Shown here: positions 1 to 8,405 of the stretch, one piece after another | Layout: each line of letters begins with the position of its first letter | Numbering within the stretch: position 1 is the first letter of the stretch | Assembly (NCBI GenBank): GCA_964615335.1 | Contig: CAZTMT010000001.1 | Coordinates: forward strand, 642-64,641 | DNA length: 64,000 nucleotides | Reading direction: 5' to 3' | Source: an uncultured Clostridia bacterium | Lineage (GTDB): Bacteria > Acidobacteriota > Blastocatellia > HR10 | Program-made: the position numbers and the translations under genes | Notes under the pieces: model-generated | Seen by the model: only the letters and a program-made list of their open reading frames with translations | Databases searched by the model: none | What the model was told of the DNA's origin: nothing

Positions 1-711
1 GCCGCCGTTTCCGTTGCCCGTGGCGTGGGCCTCGATGAACTCCACCGACTGCACGAACATCCCCGCCGAGCCGCAGTAGGGGTCGTAGACCCGCTCGCGG
101 AACGGCTCCAGCATCTCGACGAGCAGGCGCACCACACACCGGGGCGTGTAGAACTCGCCGCCCTTCTTGCCCTCGGCACTGGCGAAATGCGCAAGGAAGT
201 ACTCGTAGACGCGGCCGAGGACGTCTTTGGCCCGGGCGTCGGCATCACCCACGCGGATATTGGTAATGAGGTCGATCAGCTGCCCGAAGCGCTGCTTGTC
301 CAGAGCCGGCCGGGCGTAGTCCTTGGGGAGGACGCCCTTTAGAGAGGGGTTGTCCCGCTCCACTGCCTCCATCGCCTCGTCCACGATCTGACCGATGGTG
401 GGCTGGCGGGCGTTCTGCCGGAGCCGCTCCCAGCGGGCTTCGGGCGGCACCCAGAAGACGTTCGCGGCCCGGTACTTGTCAGGGTCCTCCGGATCGGCGT
501 AGGGCTCCTGCTCCAGCCGCTTGCGGTGCTCCTCGAAGGCGTCGGAGATGTACTTCAGGAAGATGAGGCCCAGCACCACGTGCTTGTACTCCGCCGCGTC
601 CATCGAGCCGCGCAGGGCGTCCGCCATGCGCCCGAGCTCCGCTTCGTAGCCGATAGTCGCATCAGCTCTGTTCGCGGGTGGGCTGCTGTTCGGACTCTTG
701 TCTCTTGGCAT
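1..711 (-). CDS. hsdM: Type I restriction-modification DNA methyltransferase subunit HsdM (N6-adenine), 3' end cut by window edge
   Basis: Minus-strand translation reads [10 protein letters not shown]...[24 protein letters not shown]...[53 protein letters not shown], with the FYTP and DPxCGSxG AdoMet-MTase motifs typical of HsdM. ATG at 709-711 is preceded by GAGGT. It is absent from the ORF track because it runs off the window. Confidence 0.8.
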   Translation of the reverse strand, partial: MPRDKSPNSSPPANRADATIGYEAELGRMADALRGSMDAAEYKHVVLGLIFLKYISDAFEEHRKRLEQEPYADPEDPDKYRAANVFWVPPEARWERLRQNARQPTIGQIVDEAMEAVERDNPSLKGVLPKDYARPALDKQRFGQLIDLITNIRVGDADARAKDVLGRVYEYFLAHFASAEGKKGGEFYTPRCVVRLLVEMLEPFRERVYDPYCGSAGMFVQSVEFIEAHATGNGNGG

Positions 712-882
712 GGTTGTCCTACCTCATGGCTCGCCTTCACGCCTCGCATATTATAATTCTAAGCCATTGTCGCGTGAAGGGGGGATGGACGATACCTCAC
801 GGGTATTTGACATGCGGTTCGCCCTTCTGATATGGTTAGGGCGCACTGTGGAGTTTGAGGTCGTGGGGAAGGAGAAGGCGAG

Positions 883-1995
883 GTGTCTCAGATTGTGGCC
901 TTCGTTCGATATCTGCGACATCTGCGTCGGGAGAAGAGCTTACATACGGTGATCCTCTTTGTCACTTCCCGATGTAATGCGAAGTGTCGGACGTGCTTTT
1001 ACTGGTCGGCCCTGAATCAGGAGGGGGATCTCACGTTCTCGGAGCTGGAGAAGCTCTCCCGCACGATGCCTCGCTTTCCAGAGCTCCTCATCAGCGGAGG
1101 AGAGCCGACGCTTCGGGAAGACCTGCCGGAGATCGTGCGGCTCTTTTACCGAAACAACGGAATTGAGAACATCAACCTTCCCACTAATGGATTGAAACCG
1201 GAGCGTCCCCGAGCTTTCGTCGAGCGCATGCTGGAGGAGAACGAGGGGCTCACCGTGTATTTGAATTTCTCCGTAGATGGATTGGCGGCGACGCACGATC
1301 GCATTCGAGCTGTTCCGGGGAATTTCGCGAAGGTCGAGGAAGCGATCGCGCGCATCCAGCCTTTGCGAGAGCGATTTCGACGACGGCTGTGGGTGGGCGT
1401 CGTCTCGGTCATCTGTCAGGAGAACTACGGGGAGTTGATCGCCCTGGCCGAGTACTTCCTCAAGCAGGGGGTTCTCGATGGCCATTACTTTCAAATCGTG
1501 CGCGGGGATCCTCTGGATCGGGAGCTTCTCGCTGTTCCCCCGGAGGAGTTACGGAAGCTCTATCGTGAGATCGCGCGCATTCAGCAGGAGTATGCGCGGC
1601 GCGCCTTCGATGATCCGGGGGCGATGGTCCGCTGGTTCAAGCAGATGATCTACGTGGGGACGTTCACTTTTCATCATCGGGTTCAGTTCGCCAATTATGC
1701 GCAGGGGAGAGCCTGGCCCATGCCGTGCACGGCCGGGGAGACGGCCGTAGTGATTGATTTCAATGGAGACGTGCGCGCCTGCGAGTTGCGCGCCCCGCTG
1801 GGGAATCTCCGCCGCTATGACATGGATTTTGCGGCCTTCTGGGATTCGGCGGCGCGGCGAGAAGAAGTCGCTGCGATCGCTCGCGATCGGTGTTTCTGCA
1901 CGCATGTCTGCTTTTTGCACGATAGTCTGCGCTTCTCGCTCACAGCTCAGCTTGTGGGAATTCCCGCGAGCTATTTCACGCGTCGCTTCTGGTGA
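883..1995 (+). CDS. Radical SAM protein with C-terminal Cys-rich SPASM/twitch-like domain
   Basis: N-terminal CNAKCRTC matches the CxxxCxxC 4Fe-4S/AdoMet motif. GGEPTL and NGL elements are present. The C-terminal third carries 7 Cys (PCTAG...RACE...RCFCTHVCF). It is divergent from hsdM. Confidence 0.75.
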   Translation: MSQIVAFVRYLRHLRREKSLHTVILFVTSRCNAKCRTCFYWSALNQEGDLTFSELEKLSRTMPRFPELLISGGEPTLREDLPEIVRLFYRNNGIENINLPTNGLKPERPRAFVERMLEENEGLTVYLNFSVDGLAATHDRIRAVPGNFAKVEEAIARIQPLRERFRRRLWVGVVSVICQENYGELIALAEYFLKQGVLDGHYFQIVRGDPLDRELLAVPPEELRKLYREIARIQQEYARRAFDDPGAMVRWFKQMIYVGTFTFHHRVQFANYAQGRAWPMPCTAGETAVVIDFNGDVRACELRAPLGNLRRYDMDFAAFWDSAARREEVAAIARDRCFCTHVCFLHDSLRFSLTAQLVGIPASYFTRRFW

Positions 1996-2013
1996 AGGGA
2001 AGCGCGCTTTCTC

Positions 2014-3036
2014 TCATCGGCTGAGGTGGCGCCGGCGTTCCACAGCTCGTTGTCGGATCACGTCTACCCAGACGGCGATGACGATGACCACGCCGATGAC
2101 GGTCGTCTGCCAGTAGGCGGAGACGTCCAGCAGATTCAGCCCATTGCGCAGCACGCCCATAAGGAGGGCGCCCACGAGCGTCCCCCAGACCGTGCCCACA
2201 CCTCCGAAGAAACTCGCACCTCCGATGATGACGGCGGCGATGGCATCCAGCTCCGCCCCCACGCCGGCCAGCGGGAATCCCGAGTTCATCCGTCCGGCCA
2301 GAATGATCGCACCCAAGGCTGCCAATCCTCCGCTTGTGGCATAGACCAGAATGAGGCGCCGATCCACAGGGATGCCCGAAAGGAGCGCCGCCTGTTGGTT
2401 CCCCCCGATGGCGTAAATATCGCGCCCTACAGTCGTCCGCGTGAGGAAGAGGTGAAAGAAGGCGTAGACGACCAGAACGACGATGACCGGCATGGGGACA
2501 CCTCCGATCTCTCCGGCTCCCCAGAAGCGGAAGTCCTCGGGGAGTTCGGATATGGGGAACCCCCCCGAGAGCACAAGCGCCAATCCGCGCGCGACGTTCA
2601 TCATTCCGAGCGTCGGGATGAAAGGATGCGGCAGGCGCAGCTTCGTCAGCAGAGCTCCATTGATCATCCCGAGCGCGGTTCCCAGCAGGAGCGTCATCCC
2701 GATGGCCGCCGGCGCGGAGATCCCGGCCTTCAACATCATGGCGACCAGCACGCAGCAGAGCCCCAGGATGGAACCCACCGAGAGATCAATCCCCGCCGTG
2801 ATGATGACCAGCAGTTGCCCCAGGGCCAGAAGCGCGTTGATGGCCGATTGCCGAAAGACATTCAGGGCGTTTTCGAGAGTGAGGAAGTGAGGAGACAGAA
2901 ACGCCAGCGCTCCGCTCATCAGCAGCAAGGCCAGAAGCGGGCCGAACCGTCGCAGAAGCGGCAGGACCCATTCCCCGCGGAACATTCGACCGGCCGCGAT
3001 CGTCAGGCGATCTTCCGAAGAGATCTCTCGGGTCAT
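2014..3036 (-). CDS. Sugar ABC transporter permease (CUT2 / ribose-xylose-inositol type)
   Basis: 340-aa polytopic membrane protein resembling the RbsC/XylH/IatP family. Its start codon overlaps the upstream ATPase stop (ATGA). Confidence 0.8.
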   Translation of the reverse strand: MTREISSEDRLTIAAGRMFRGEWVLPLLRRFGPLLALLLMSGALAFLSPHFLTLENALNVFRQSAINALLALGQLLVIITAGIDLSVGSILGLCCVLVAMMLKAGISAPAAIGMTLLLGTALGMINGALLTKLRLPHPFIPTLGMMNVARGLALVLSGGFPISELPEDFRFWGAGEIGGVPMPVIVVLVVYAFFHLFLTRTTVGRDIYAIGGNQQAALLSGIPVDRRLILVYATSGGLAALGAIILAGRMNSGFPLAGVGAELDAIAAVIIGGASFFGGVGTVWGTLVGALLMGVLRNGLNLLDVSAYWQTTVIGVVIVIAVWVDVIRQRAVERRRHLSR

Positions 3037-4544
3037 CTTCCCCCTCCGGTGGCGAGGTAGAGGATGCGCTCGTCGGTCGCCTCTTCACGTCGCAGTTCTC
3101 CGACGATTCTTCCTCGATGCATGACGAGGACACGATCGGCCAGGCGCCGGATCTCCTCCAGCTCCGAAGAGACCAGAAGAATGGCCGCTCCCTGCGCAGC
3201 CAGGCGCCGGATCAGCTCGTAAATCTCCATCTTCGATCCGACATCAATGCCGCGCGTGGGCTCATCCAGCAAGAAGACGCGCGGATTCAGAGAGAGCCAG
3301 CGGGCCAGGACGACCTTCTGCTGATTCCCTCCGCTCAGCAGTCCGACCGGATGATCGGGATGAGGCGTCTTCACGTGAAGTTCGCTGAGCAGGCGCCCGA
3401 TGATTTGCTCTTCCGCGCGCCGGTTCACCCACAGGCCTAGGCGCGCCCATCGCCTCTGAGCGGCGAGCACAATGTTCACGCGCACCGAGGCGTTGAGGAT
3501 GAGCCCCTTCGCTTTCCGATCCTCGGTCACCAGAGCCAGGCCGTGGCGCACAGCGTCTTCGGGCGTCCGAAGGACTACCGGGCGCCCATCGAGGAAGATC
3601 GTCCCCGACACGTTCTCGTGCGCGCCGAAGAGAGCCTCCAGCAGTTCCGTCCGTCCCGCTCCGACCACGCCCGCCAGGCCCACGATCTCCCCTCGATGCA
3701 GAGTGAAGGTGATGTCGTAGAACTTTCCGGGAACCGTCAGTCTTTCGACGCGGAGCACGGGCTCGCCCGTCGCCCCGGATGTGCGTTCGGGAAAATACTC
3801 CTTCAGCTCTCGGCCGACCATGGCGCGCACCAGTTCCTCGGGGCTGGTCTCGCCAATAGGTTTGGTCAGAATGCGCCGGCCATCGCGCAGGACGGTCACG
3901 CGATCGGCCACCTGATAGATCTCCTTCATCCGATGCGTGATGTAGACGATGCCTATGCCTCGCGCTTTCAATCGCGCGAGCGTCTGGAAGAGGCGTTCCG
4001 CTTCGCGTTCGGAGAGGGGGGATGTCGGCTCGTCCAAAATGAGAAGCTCGGCTTCGGCTGCCAGAGCCCGAGCGATCTCCACAAGCTGCTGCTCGGCTAC
4101 GCTCAACTCGCTCACCGGACGCTTCGGATCCACAGCGTGGCCAAGCTCCTCAAGCAACAAACGGGCGCGTTCGTATATTTCGCTCCAGTGCACCCAGGAG
4201 AGGAGCATGCGTCGACTCGGAAGGTGCCCGAGAAAGATGTTCTCCCCCACACTCAACGAGGGCACAAGCGTCAGCTCCTGATGCACCATACGAATGCCCA
4301 GGCGGTGCGCGTCGCGCGGACTGCGCAATCTCACCGGTCGCCCTTTCCAGAGGATGCGCCCGTGATCGGCCAAATGGACCCCTGTCGCGATTTTCATGAG
4401 CGTGGACTTCCCCGCGCCATTCTCCCCGATGAGCGCATGGACTTCGCCCGGCTGCACGTCGAAGTCCACGTCATCTAAGGCGACAATCCCCCCGAACGTT
4501 TTCCTCACACCTTCCAGGTGAAGCAGAGCCTGAGGGTGCGTCAT
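3033..4544 (-). CDS. Sugar ABC transporter ATP-binding protein with two fused ABC domains (RbsA/MglA/IatA-like)
   Basis: Two Walker A sites (GENGAGKST and a second P-loop region), LSGGQQQ signatures, duplicated ABC cassette. The track ORF starts further upstream; I place the start at the internal Met (MTHPQALLHLEGVRKTF). Confidence 0.8.
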   Translation of the reverse strand: MTHPQALLHLEGVRKTFGGIVALDDVDFDVQPGEVHALIGENGAGKSTLMKIATGVHLADHGRILWKGRPVRLRSPRDAHRLGIRMVHQELTLVPSLSVGENIFLGHLPSRRMLLSWVHWSEIYERARLLLEELGHAVDPKRPVSELSVAEQQLVEIARALAAEAELLILDEPTSPLSEREAERLFQTLARLKARGIGIVYITHRMKEIYQVADRVTVLRDGRRILTKPIGETSPEELVRAMVGRELKEYFPERTSGATGEPVLRVERLTVPGKFYDITFTLHRGEIVGLAGVVGAGRTELLEALFGAHENVSGTIFLDGRPVVLRTPEDAVRHGLALVTEDRKAKGLILNASVRVNIVLAAQRRWARLGLWVNRRAEEQIIGRLLSELHVKTPHPDHPVGLLSGGNQQKVVLARWLSLNPRVFLLDEPTRGIDVGSKMEIYELIRRLAAQGAAILLVSSELEEIRRLADRVLVMHRGRIVGELRREEATDERILYLATGGGR

Positions 4545-4605
4545 AGTGTTCTGAGATTTGATGCGACGGGCCTCCGGAAAGACAGCGGGTGGGCGCGGCA
4601 CAGGT

Positions 4606-5997
4606 TCACGGCGCGGGAGGGGGGGACTCCCCTTCCGCCTCGGGAGGAGGAGAGATCTCCGTCGGAGGAATCGCCCGCCCATCGAGCACCTGCCAGACGC
4701 TCAGGCGCTGGGCCAGGCGCAGAGCTTCATCCGTGATACTCTCGCCCGCGACGACGGGAACCGTCGAAAGGCCAAGTTGCGCGAGCAACAGCGCCCGTCG
4801 AGCCGCCCGTTCGACATCGGAGAGGCCGATCCCCCAGGAGACTTCGACGACCAAATAGAGCTCGCTTCCCGTCTCCAGATGGCGTCCCCGTATAACGAGA
4901 TCCGTCTGGATGATCTCATCGGCCTCCGAATCGCTCAATCGCCCTTCCTCCACAGCGCGATCCAACAGAGCATCCAGTTCTTCGCTCGAAAGGACATGGA
5001 TCCTTCGGGCGAGGCGGCGGAAGTAAGCCGGGGCGTGACGCTCATATTGATGCTGCAGGTGAAATCCTTTCAGGCGCCCGACATCCTGACTTATCGCATC
5101 TACTCGTTTCGTCAGCAGATCCACAGTCGAGGTGAGGACGGCAATCTGCTGCTCTGCTCGTTGCTGAGCATGGGCCAAAGCCGCAACTTCTTCGCTTAAA
5201 GTCGCCATGGCCTCTTCCAGCCGAGCGACGCGTTTTTCTACCTGGCGTTGAGCTTCGGCCAAAGCCGCGACGGTCTCTTCCAAGCGAGCCAGTCGCTCCT
5301 CGGCATGCCGTTGAGCTTCAATCAGGGCTGCGACGATCTCTTCCAGGCGAGCCAAACGCTCTTCGGCTCGGGCCAGGCGCTCCTGCATCTGGCGCTGGGA
5401 CTCAGCCAAAGCCGCGACAGCTTCTTCCAAGCGAGCCAGTCGCTCCTCGGCATGCCGTTGAGCTTCAATCAGGGCTGCGACGATCTCTTCCAGGCGAGCC
5501 AAACGCTCTTCGGCTCGGGCGACACGCTCCTCGGTTCGAAGCTGGGCTTCAGCCAAGGCAGTGACAGCTTCTTCCAGTCGTGAGATGCGTTCCTCCGTTC
5601 GCTGCTGGGCCTCGGCCAAAGCGGTGACGGCCTCTTCCAACCGGGTGACGCGCTCTTCTGTCCTCCGCTGGGCTTCGGCCAGAACTGTGACAGCCTCTTC
5701 GAGCCGGGCGACGCGCTCTTCCAATCGCGTGACGCGTTCTTCCGTCCGCCGTTGAGCCTCAGCCAAGACGGTCACACTCTCCTGCACCTGCTGTTGAACC
5801 CGGATCAAGGATTTGATCGCTTCGCTCAATTCCCGGACAAGGGGCGGCAGAGACAAAAGCTCCTCCGTCAGCAACAGCCGTCGCAGCTCTTCGCGCCACT
5901 CCGGATGTTGCTCCAGGAGTCGGACCAGGTCGCGAAACTCCGCATCCGTGAGCGCCATACCGCTTCCAATTATCGAAGCATCCCCCCTCTTCGTCAA
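4606..5997 (-). CDS. Coiled-coil repeat protein with C-terminal PD-(D/E)xK-like (DUF3782-like) domain
   Basis: Residues ~80-300 are tandem 22-aa ([LV]EEAV[TA]ALAEAQ[RQ]RTEER[VIL][TA]RL) and 49-aa coiled-coil repeats. The C-terminus (EADEIIQTDLVIRGR...ELYLVVEVSWGIGLSDVERAARRA) fits the D...(D/E)xK topology with Ser in place of Lys. It is embedded co-directionally in the catabolic operon. Confidence 0.7.
   Translation of the reverse strand: MTKRGDASIIGSGMALTDAEFRDLVRLLEQHPEWREELRRLLLTEELLSLPPLVRELSEAIKSLIRVQQQVQESVTVLAEAQRRTEERVTRLEERVARLEEAVTVLAEAQRRTEERVTRLEEAVTALAEAQQRTEERISRLEEAVTALAEAQLRTEERVARAEERLARLEEIVAALIEAQRHAEERLARLEEAVAALAESQRQMQERLARAEERLARLEEIVAALIEAQRHAEERLARLEETVAALAEAQRQVEKRVARLEEAMATLSEEVAALAHAQQRAEQQIAVLTSTVDLLTKRVDAISQDVGRLKGFHLQHQYERHAPAYFRRLARRIHVLSSEELDALLDRAVEEGRLSDSEADEIIQTDLVIRGRHLETGSELYLVVEVSWGIGLSDVERAARRALLLAQLGLSTVPVVAGESITDEALRLAQRLSVWQVLDGRAIPPTEISPPPEAEGESPPPAP
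5277..5520. repeat. Intragenic tandem duplication: two 100% identical 97-bp copies (5277-5373 and 5424-5520), 147-bp period, superimposed on a 66-bp coiled-coil periodicity
   Basis: Direct comparison of the sequence lines shows ttccaagcgagccagtcgctcctcggcatgccgttgagcttcaatcagggctgcgacgatctcttccaggcgagccaaacgctcttcggctcgggc twice. Confidence 0.9.
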
Positions 5998-6018
5998 GGG
6001 GGGGATTTCCGCGAGATC

Positions 6019-7041
6019 TCACGGGATGGCGACGACTTTGAGTGCTTCCCCCGCCCGCAGGGCATGAAAACCCTCTTCGATAGCTTCGAGCTTCAGCCGA
6101 TGCGTCACGAGCTTCTCCAGAGGGAGCGATCCGGATTCCAGCACGCGCACGACTTTGGGGAAGGCCGTGCGCTGAATATAGGAGCCGAGAATCGAGATCT
6201 CGTAGCGCGTGAGCCAGTATTGAGTGATCTCTCGCTCGGCGTGAAGGTTCATCCCGAAGAGGATGATGCGCCCGCCGCGCCGCACCACCTGCACGGCTTC
6301 CGGCAGCAGAGTCCCGACAGCTTCCACAACGATGTCGGCGCCCAGGCCCGTGAGCGCCTTGATCTCCTGGGCGATGTCATAAGCTCTCGGGTCCAGCGCG
6401 GCATCCGCGCCCAGGTGTTCGGCCATGCGGCGTCGGAACTCAACGGGTTCGATGACGCATACGGGATAGGCGCCGGCGGCCTTGTAGAGCATCAAGAACA
6501 TGAGTCCGATCGGTCCGCCCCCTAAGATGGCGACGCTCTCCCCAGGGATGAAAGCAGATTTCTCAAATGAGTGAAGCACGCAGGCGAAGGGTTCCGCCAG
6601 AGTCGCGCGATCCAAGGGAACCTGGGGGCTGATCTTATGAAGAGCCCGAGCCGGAGCGACGCTCCATTCCGCGAGACCTCCGTGGCGGAAAATGCCCAGC
6701 GTCGTCATATCCTCGCAGAGGTTCGAGAGGCCGCGCTGGCAATATGCGCACAGGCCGCAGGTGATATTGGGATCAACCACCACGCGATCTCCCGGACTCA
6801 GATGGCGCACACGAGGTCCGACTTCGACGACCGTCGCGACGTACTCGTGGCCGAGAATCGTCCCCGGAGTCGCCGGATGCCCCGGAGGAACGGCGAGGAT
6901 GTGAAGGTCCGTCCCACAGATGCTCGCGCGTTCCACTTTCAAAAGCACTTCGTCCTCGTTCTTCACAGACGGAATGGGGCGCGATTCGATTCCCCATCGC
7001 CCCTCTCCATGAAAGACAACAGCGCGCATGGTCTCACTCAT
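6019..7041 (-). CDS. Zn-dependent medium-chain alcohol/polyol dehydrogenase (sorbitol/threonine dehydrogenase-like)
   Basis: GroES-like N-terminus with CGTDLH and GHEYVATVVEVG, structural-Zn Cys cluster (CGLCAYCQRG), and a Rossmann GGGPIG motif. Confidence 0.8.
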   Translation of the reverse strand: MSETMRAVVFHGEGRWGIESRPIPSVKNEDEVLLKVERASICGTDLHILAVPPGHPATPGTILGHEYVATVVEVGPRVRHLSPGDRVVVDPNITCGLCAYCQRGLSNLCEDMTTLGIFRHGGLAEWSVAPARALHKISPQVPLDRATLAEPFACVLHSFEKSAFIPGESVAILGGGPIGLMFLMLYKAAGAYPVCVIEPVEFRRRMAEHLGADAALDPRAYDIAQEIKALTGLGADIVVEAVGTLLPEAVQVVRRGGRIILFGMNLHAEREITQYWLTRYEISILGSYIQRTAFPKVVRVLESGSLPLEKLVTHRLKLEAIEEGFHALRAGEALKVVAIP

Positions 7042-8399
7042 GGCCAGATCTCCCGCATCTCTCCGATTCGAAGGCGAACCGGTTCCGTTCGAACCGGAAG
7101 GGGGGGATTCGGACGAAACTCCGAATCCAGGAAGAAAACTTTCCGGACATCTCGAATCAGGCAGCCAGCGCGGGCGAGCGTCTCCTCAGCCGCTTCCGCG
7201 AGCGCATCGCATCGGACAAGAAGCCGTTCGATCTGCGACAGACTCGCGCCTTCGGGCAAGGGGATTGTCGTCCGCACATGTCCGTTCCGTTCCAGAGCGA
7301 AGGACGCAAGGCCCAGATTCGAGGTGTACCAGATGGGATTTCCCGCGAGTTTCACGGCGAAGCTCACGCGAGCGTCCCGCAGCTCCGTGGTCGCTTCGAT
7401 ATAGAGATAGCGGCGGGGATCAAGGATGCACTGACCGATGCGAAGAGCTTCGCAGAGCTTTCCCTCTCGCTTCAGCTCCTCGGCCATGAGGCGATAGGTC
7501 CAGGGATTCTGATCCATCGCCTCCTCTCGGGCGACAGCGCTCGCATCGAAGGGGATCGGGCGCAGGGCGAACCGCATCGGCGAGCGCCCTCGATCCGAGA
7601 AGTTGTTGTTATCGGTGAGGACCAGCAGAAGGGGATGATCTCCCTCGCGTCGTCCTCGGAAGCGACGCGTGCGATGGCGCGGGCCTTGATAGCGGGCCTC
7701 TCGCACGCGCCCTTCGGGCGTCAGGCTCACTTCGTATACCCACTCGATGTCGGTCGCTCGCCCCCATCGCGCCATGAGGGCGTTGGTCTCCGTCCCCCCA
7801 TCTTCGTTGCTGAAGACGACGCTATAGCGGATGGTGAGCGTCTTCTGCTCGCGCGCCATCTCGTACCACATGAGGAGAGGGATGTCCGTGAATCGCCCGA
7901 TGCTGTTGGGGCGCGCGTAGAGAATCGGCGCGTGAGCGAGCGGGAGGAATTCCGGATCCTCGCGCCGGACAAAGCGAAGCGCGAAGTCCTCGACATACAC
8001 CGAGGAGACACGCGGGGCCGATCGGGCGCGATCCCAGACGAGGCGGATCGTGTGGCTCCCCGGGCTCATCCTCCCCAGATGCAGGGAATAGCGGAACGAG
8101 ATGTCTCCGGCAAAGAGGATCACGTCCTGGTGATACCGCTCGTTGATGAACACCTGAAGCACGGCGGCTTCGCGCCCTTTCTCTCCCCAGTTCGCTCCCT
8201 CTGCTCTGGCCCGGAGATCCGCCGTGACCTCCGACTCGGCATCCACGCGAACGGAGCGCTCGAAGAGAACCTGCGTCGCGCGGGGAGGAGACGGCGCCTC
8301 TGAAATCCCCCGGATTGGGATTTCCGCCAGGATCATGCCCGCGAGCCCGATCATGAGCAGTGCGCTGGGTCGCCTCTTCCCTTGATGTCGGCGTCTCAT
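7038..8399 (-). CDS. Secreted hypothetical protein (signal peptide, no recognisable family)
   Basis: Hydrophobic N-terminal signal-like segment (ALLMIGLAGMILA). It is ATGA-coupled to the ADH gene and 7 nt from the GH38 stop. I recognise no motif. Confidence 0.55.
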   Translation of the reverse strand: MRRRHQGKRRPSALLMIGLAGMILAEIPIRGISEAPSPPRATQVLFERSVRVDAESEVTADLRARAEGANWGEKGREAAVLQVFINERYHQDVILFAGDISFRYSLHLGRMSPGSHTIRLVWDRARSAPRVSSVYVEDFALRFVRREDPEFLPLAHAPILYARPNSIGRFTDIPLLMWYEMAREQKTLTIRYSVVFSNEDGGTETNALMARWGRATDIEWVYEVSLTPEGRVREARYQGPRHRTRRFRGRREGDHPLLLVLTDNNNFSDRGRSPMRFALRPIPFDASAVAREEAMDQNPWTYRLMAEELKREGKLCEALRIGQCILDPRRYLYIEATTELRDARVSFAVKLAGNPIWYTSNLGLASFALERNGHVRTTIPLPEGASLSQIERLLVRCDALAEAAEETLARAGCLIRDVRKVFFLDSEFRPNPPLPVRTEPVRLRIGEMREIWP

Positions 8400-8405
8400 G
8401 CGCGC

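Noticed and set aside
698-952. 84-aa ORF spanning the hsdM-rSAM intergenic region
   Set aside because: The 5' part is antisense to the hsdM start. Only the 3' 56 codons could be independent; kept as a weak note in a finding, not a feature.
2026-3060. 344-aa plus ORF, plus others at 3543-4478, 8382-9632, 16785-18368, 18612-19781, 22551-23201, 24075-24818, 37102-38421, 38603-39733, 39378-40724, 43108-44298, 45008-46258, 48145-49590, 57453-59012, 61166-62233
   Set aside because: Each overlaps a minus- or plus-strand gene with clear family motifs; they are open only because stop codons are rare at this GC content.
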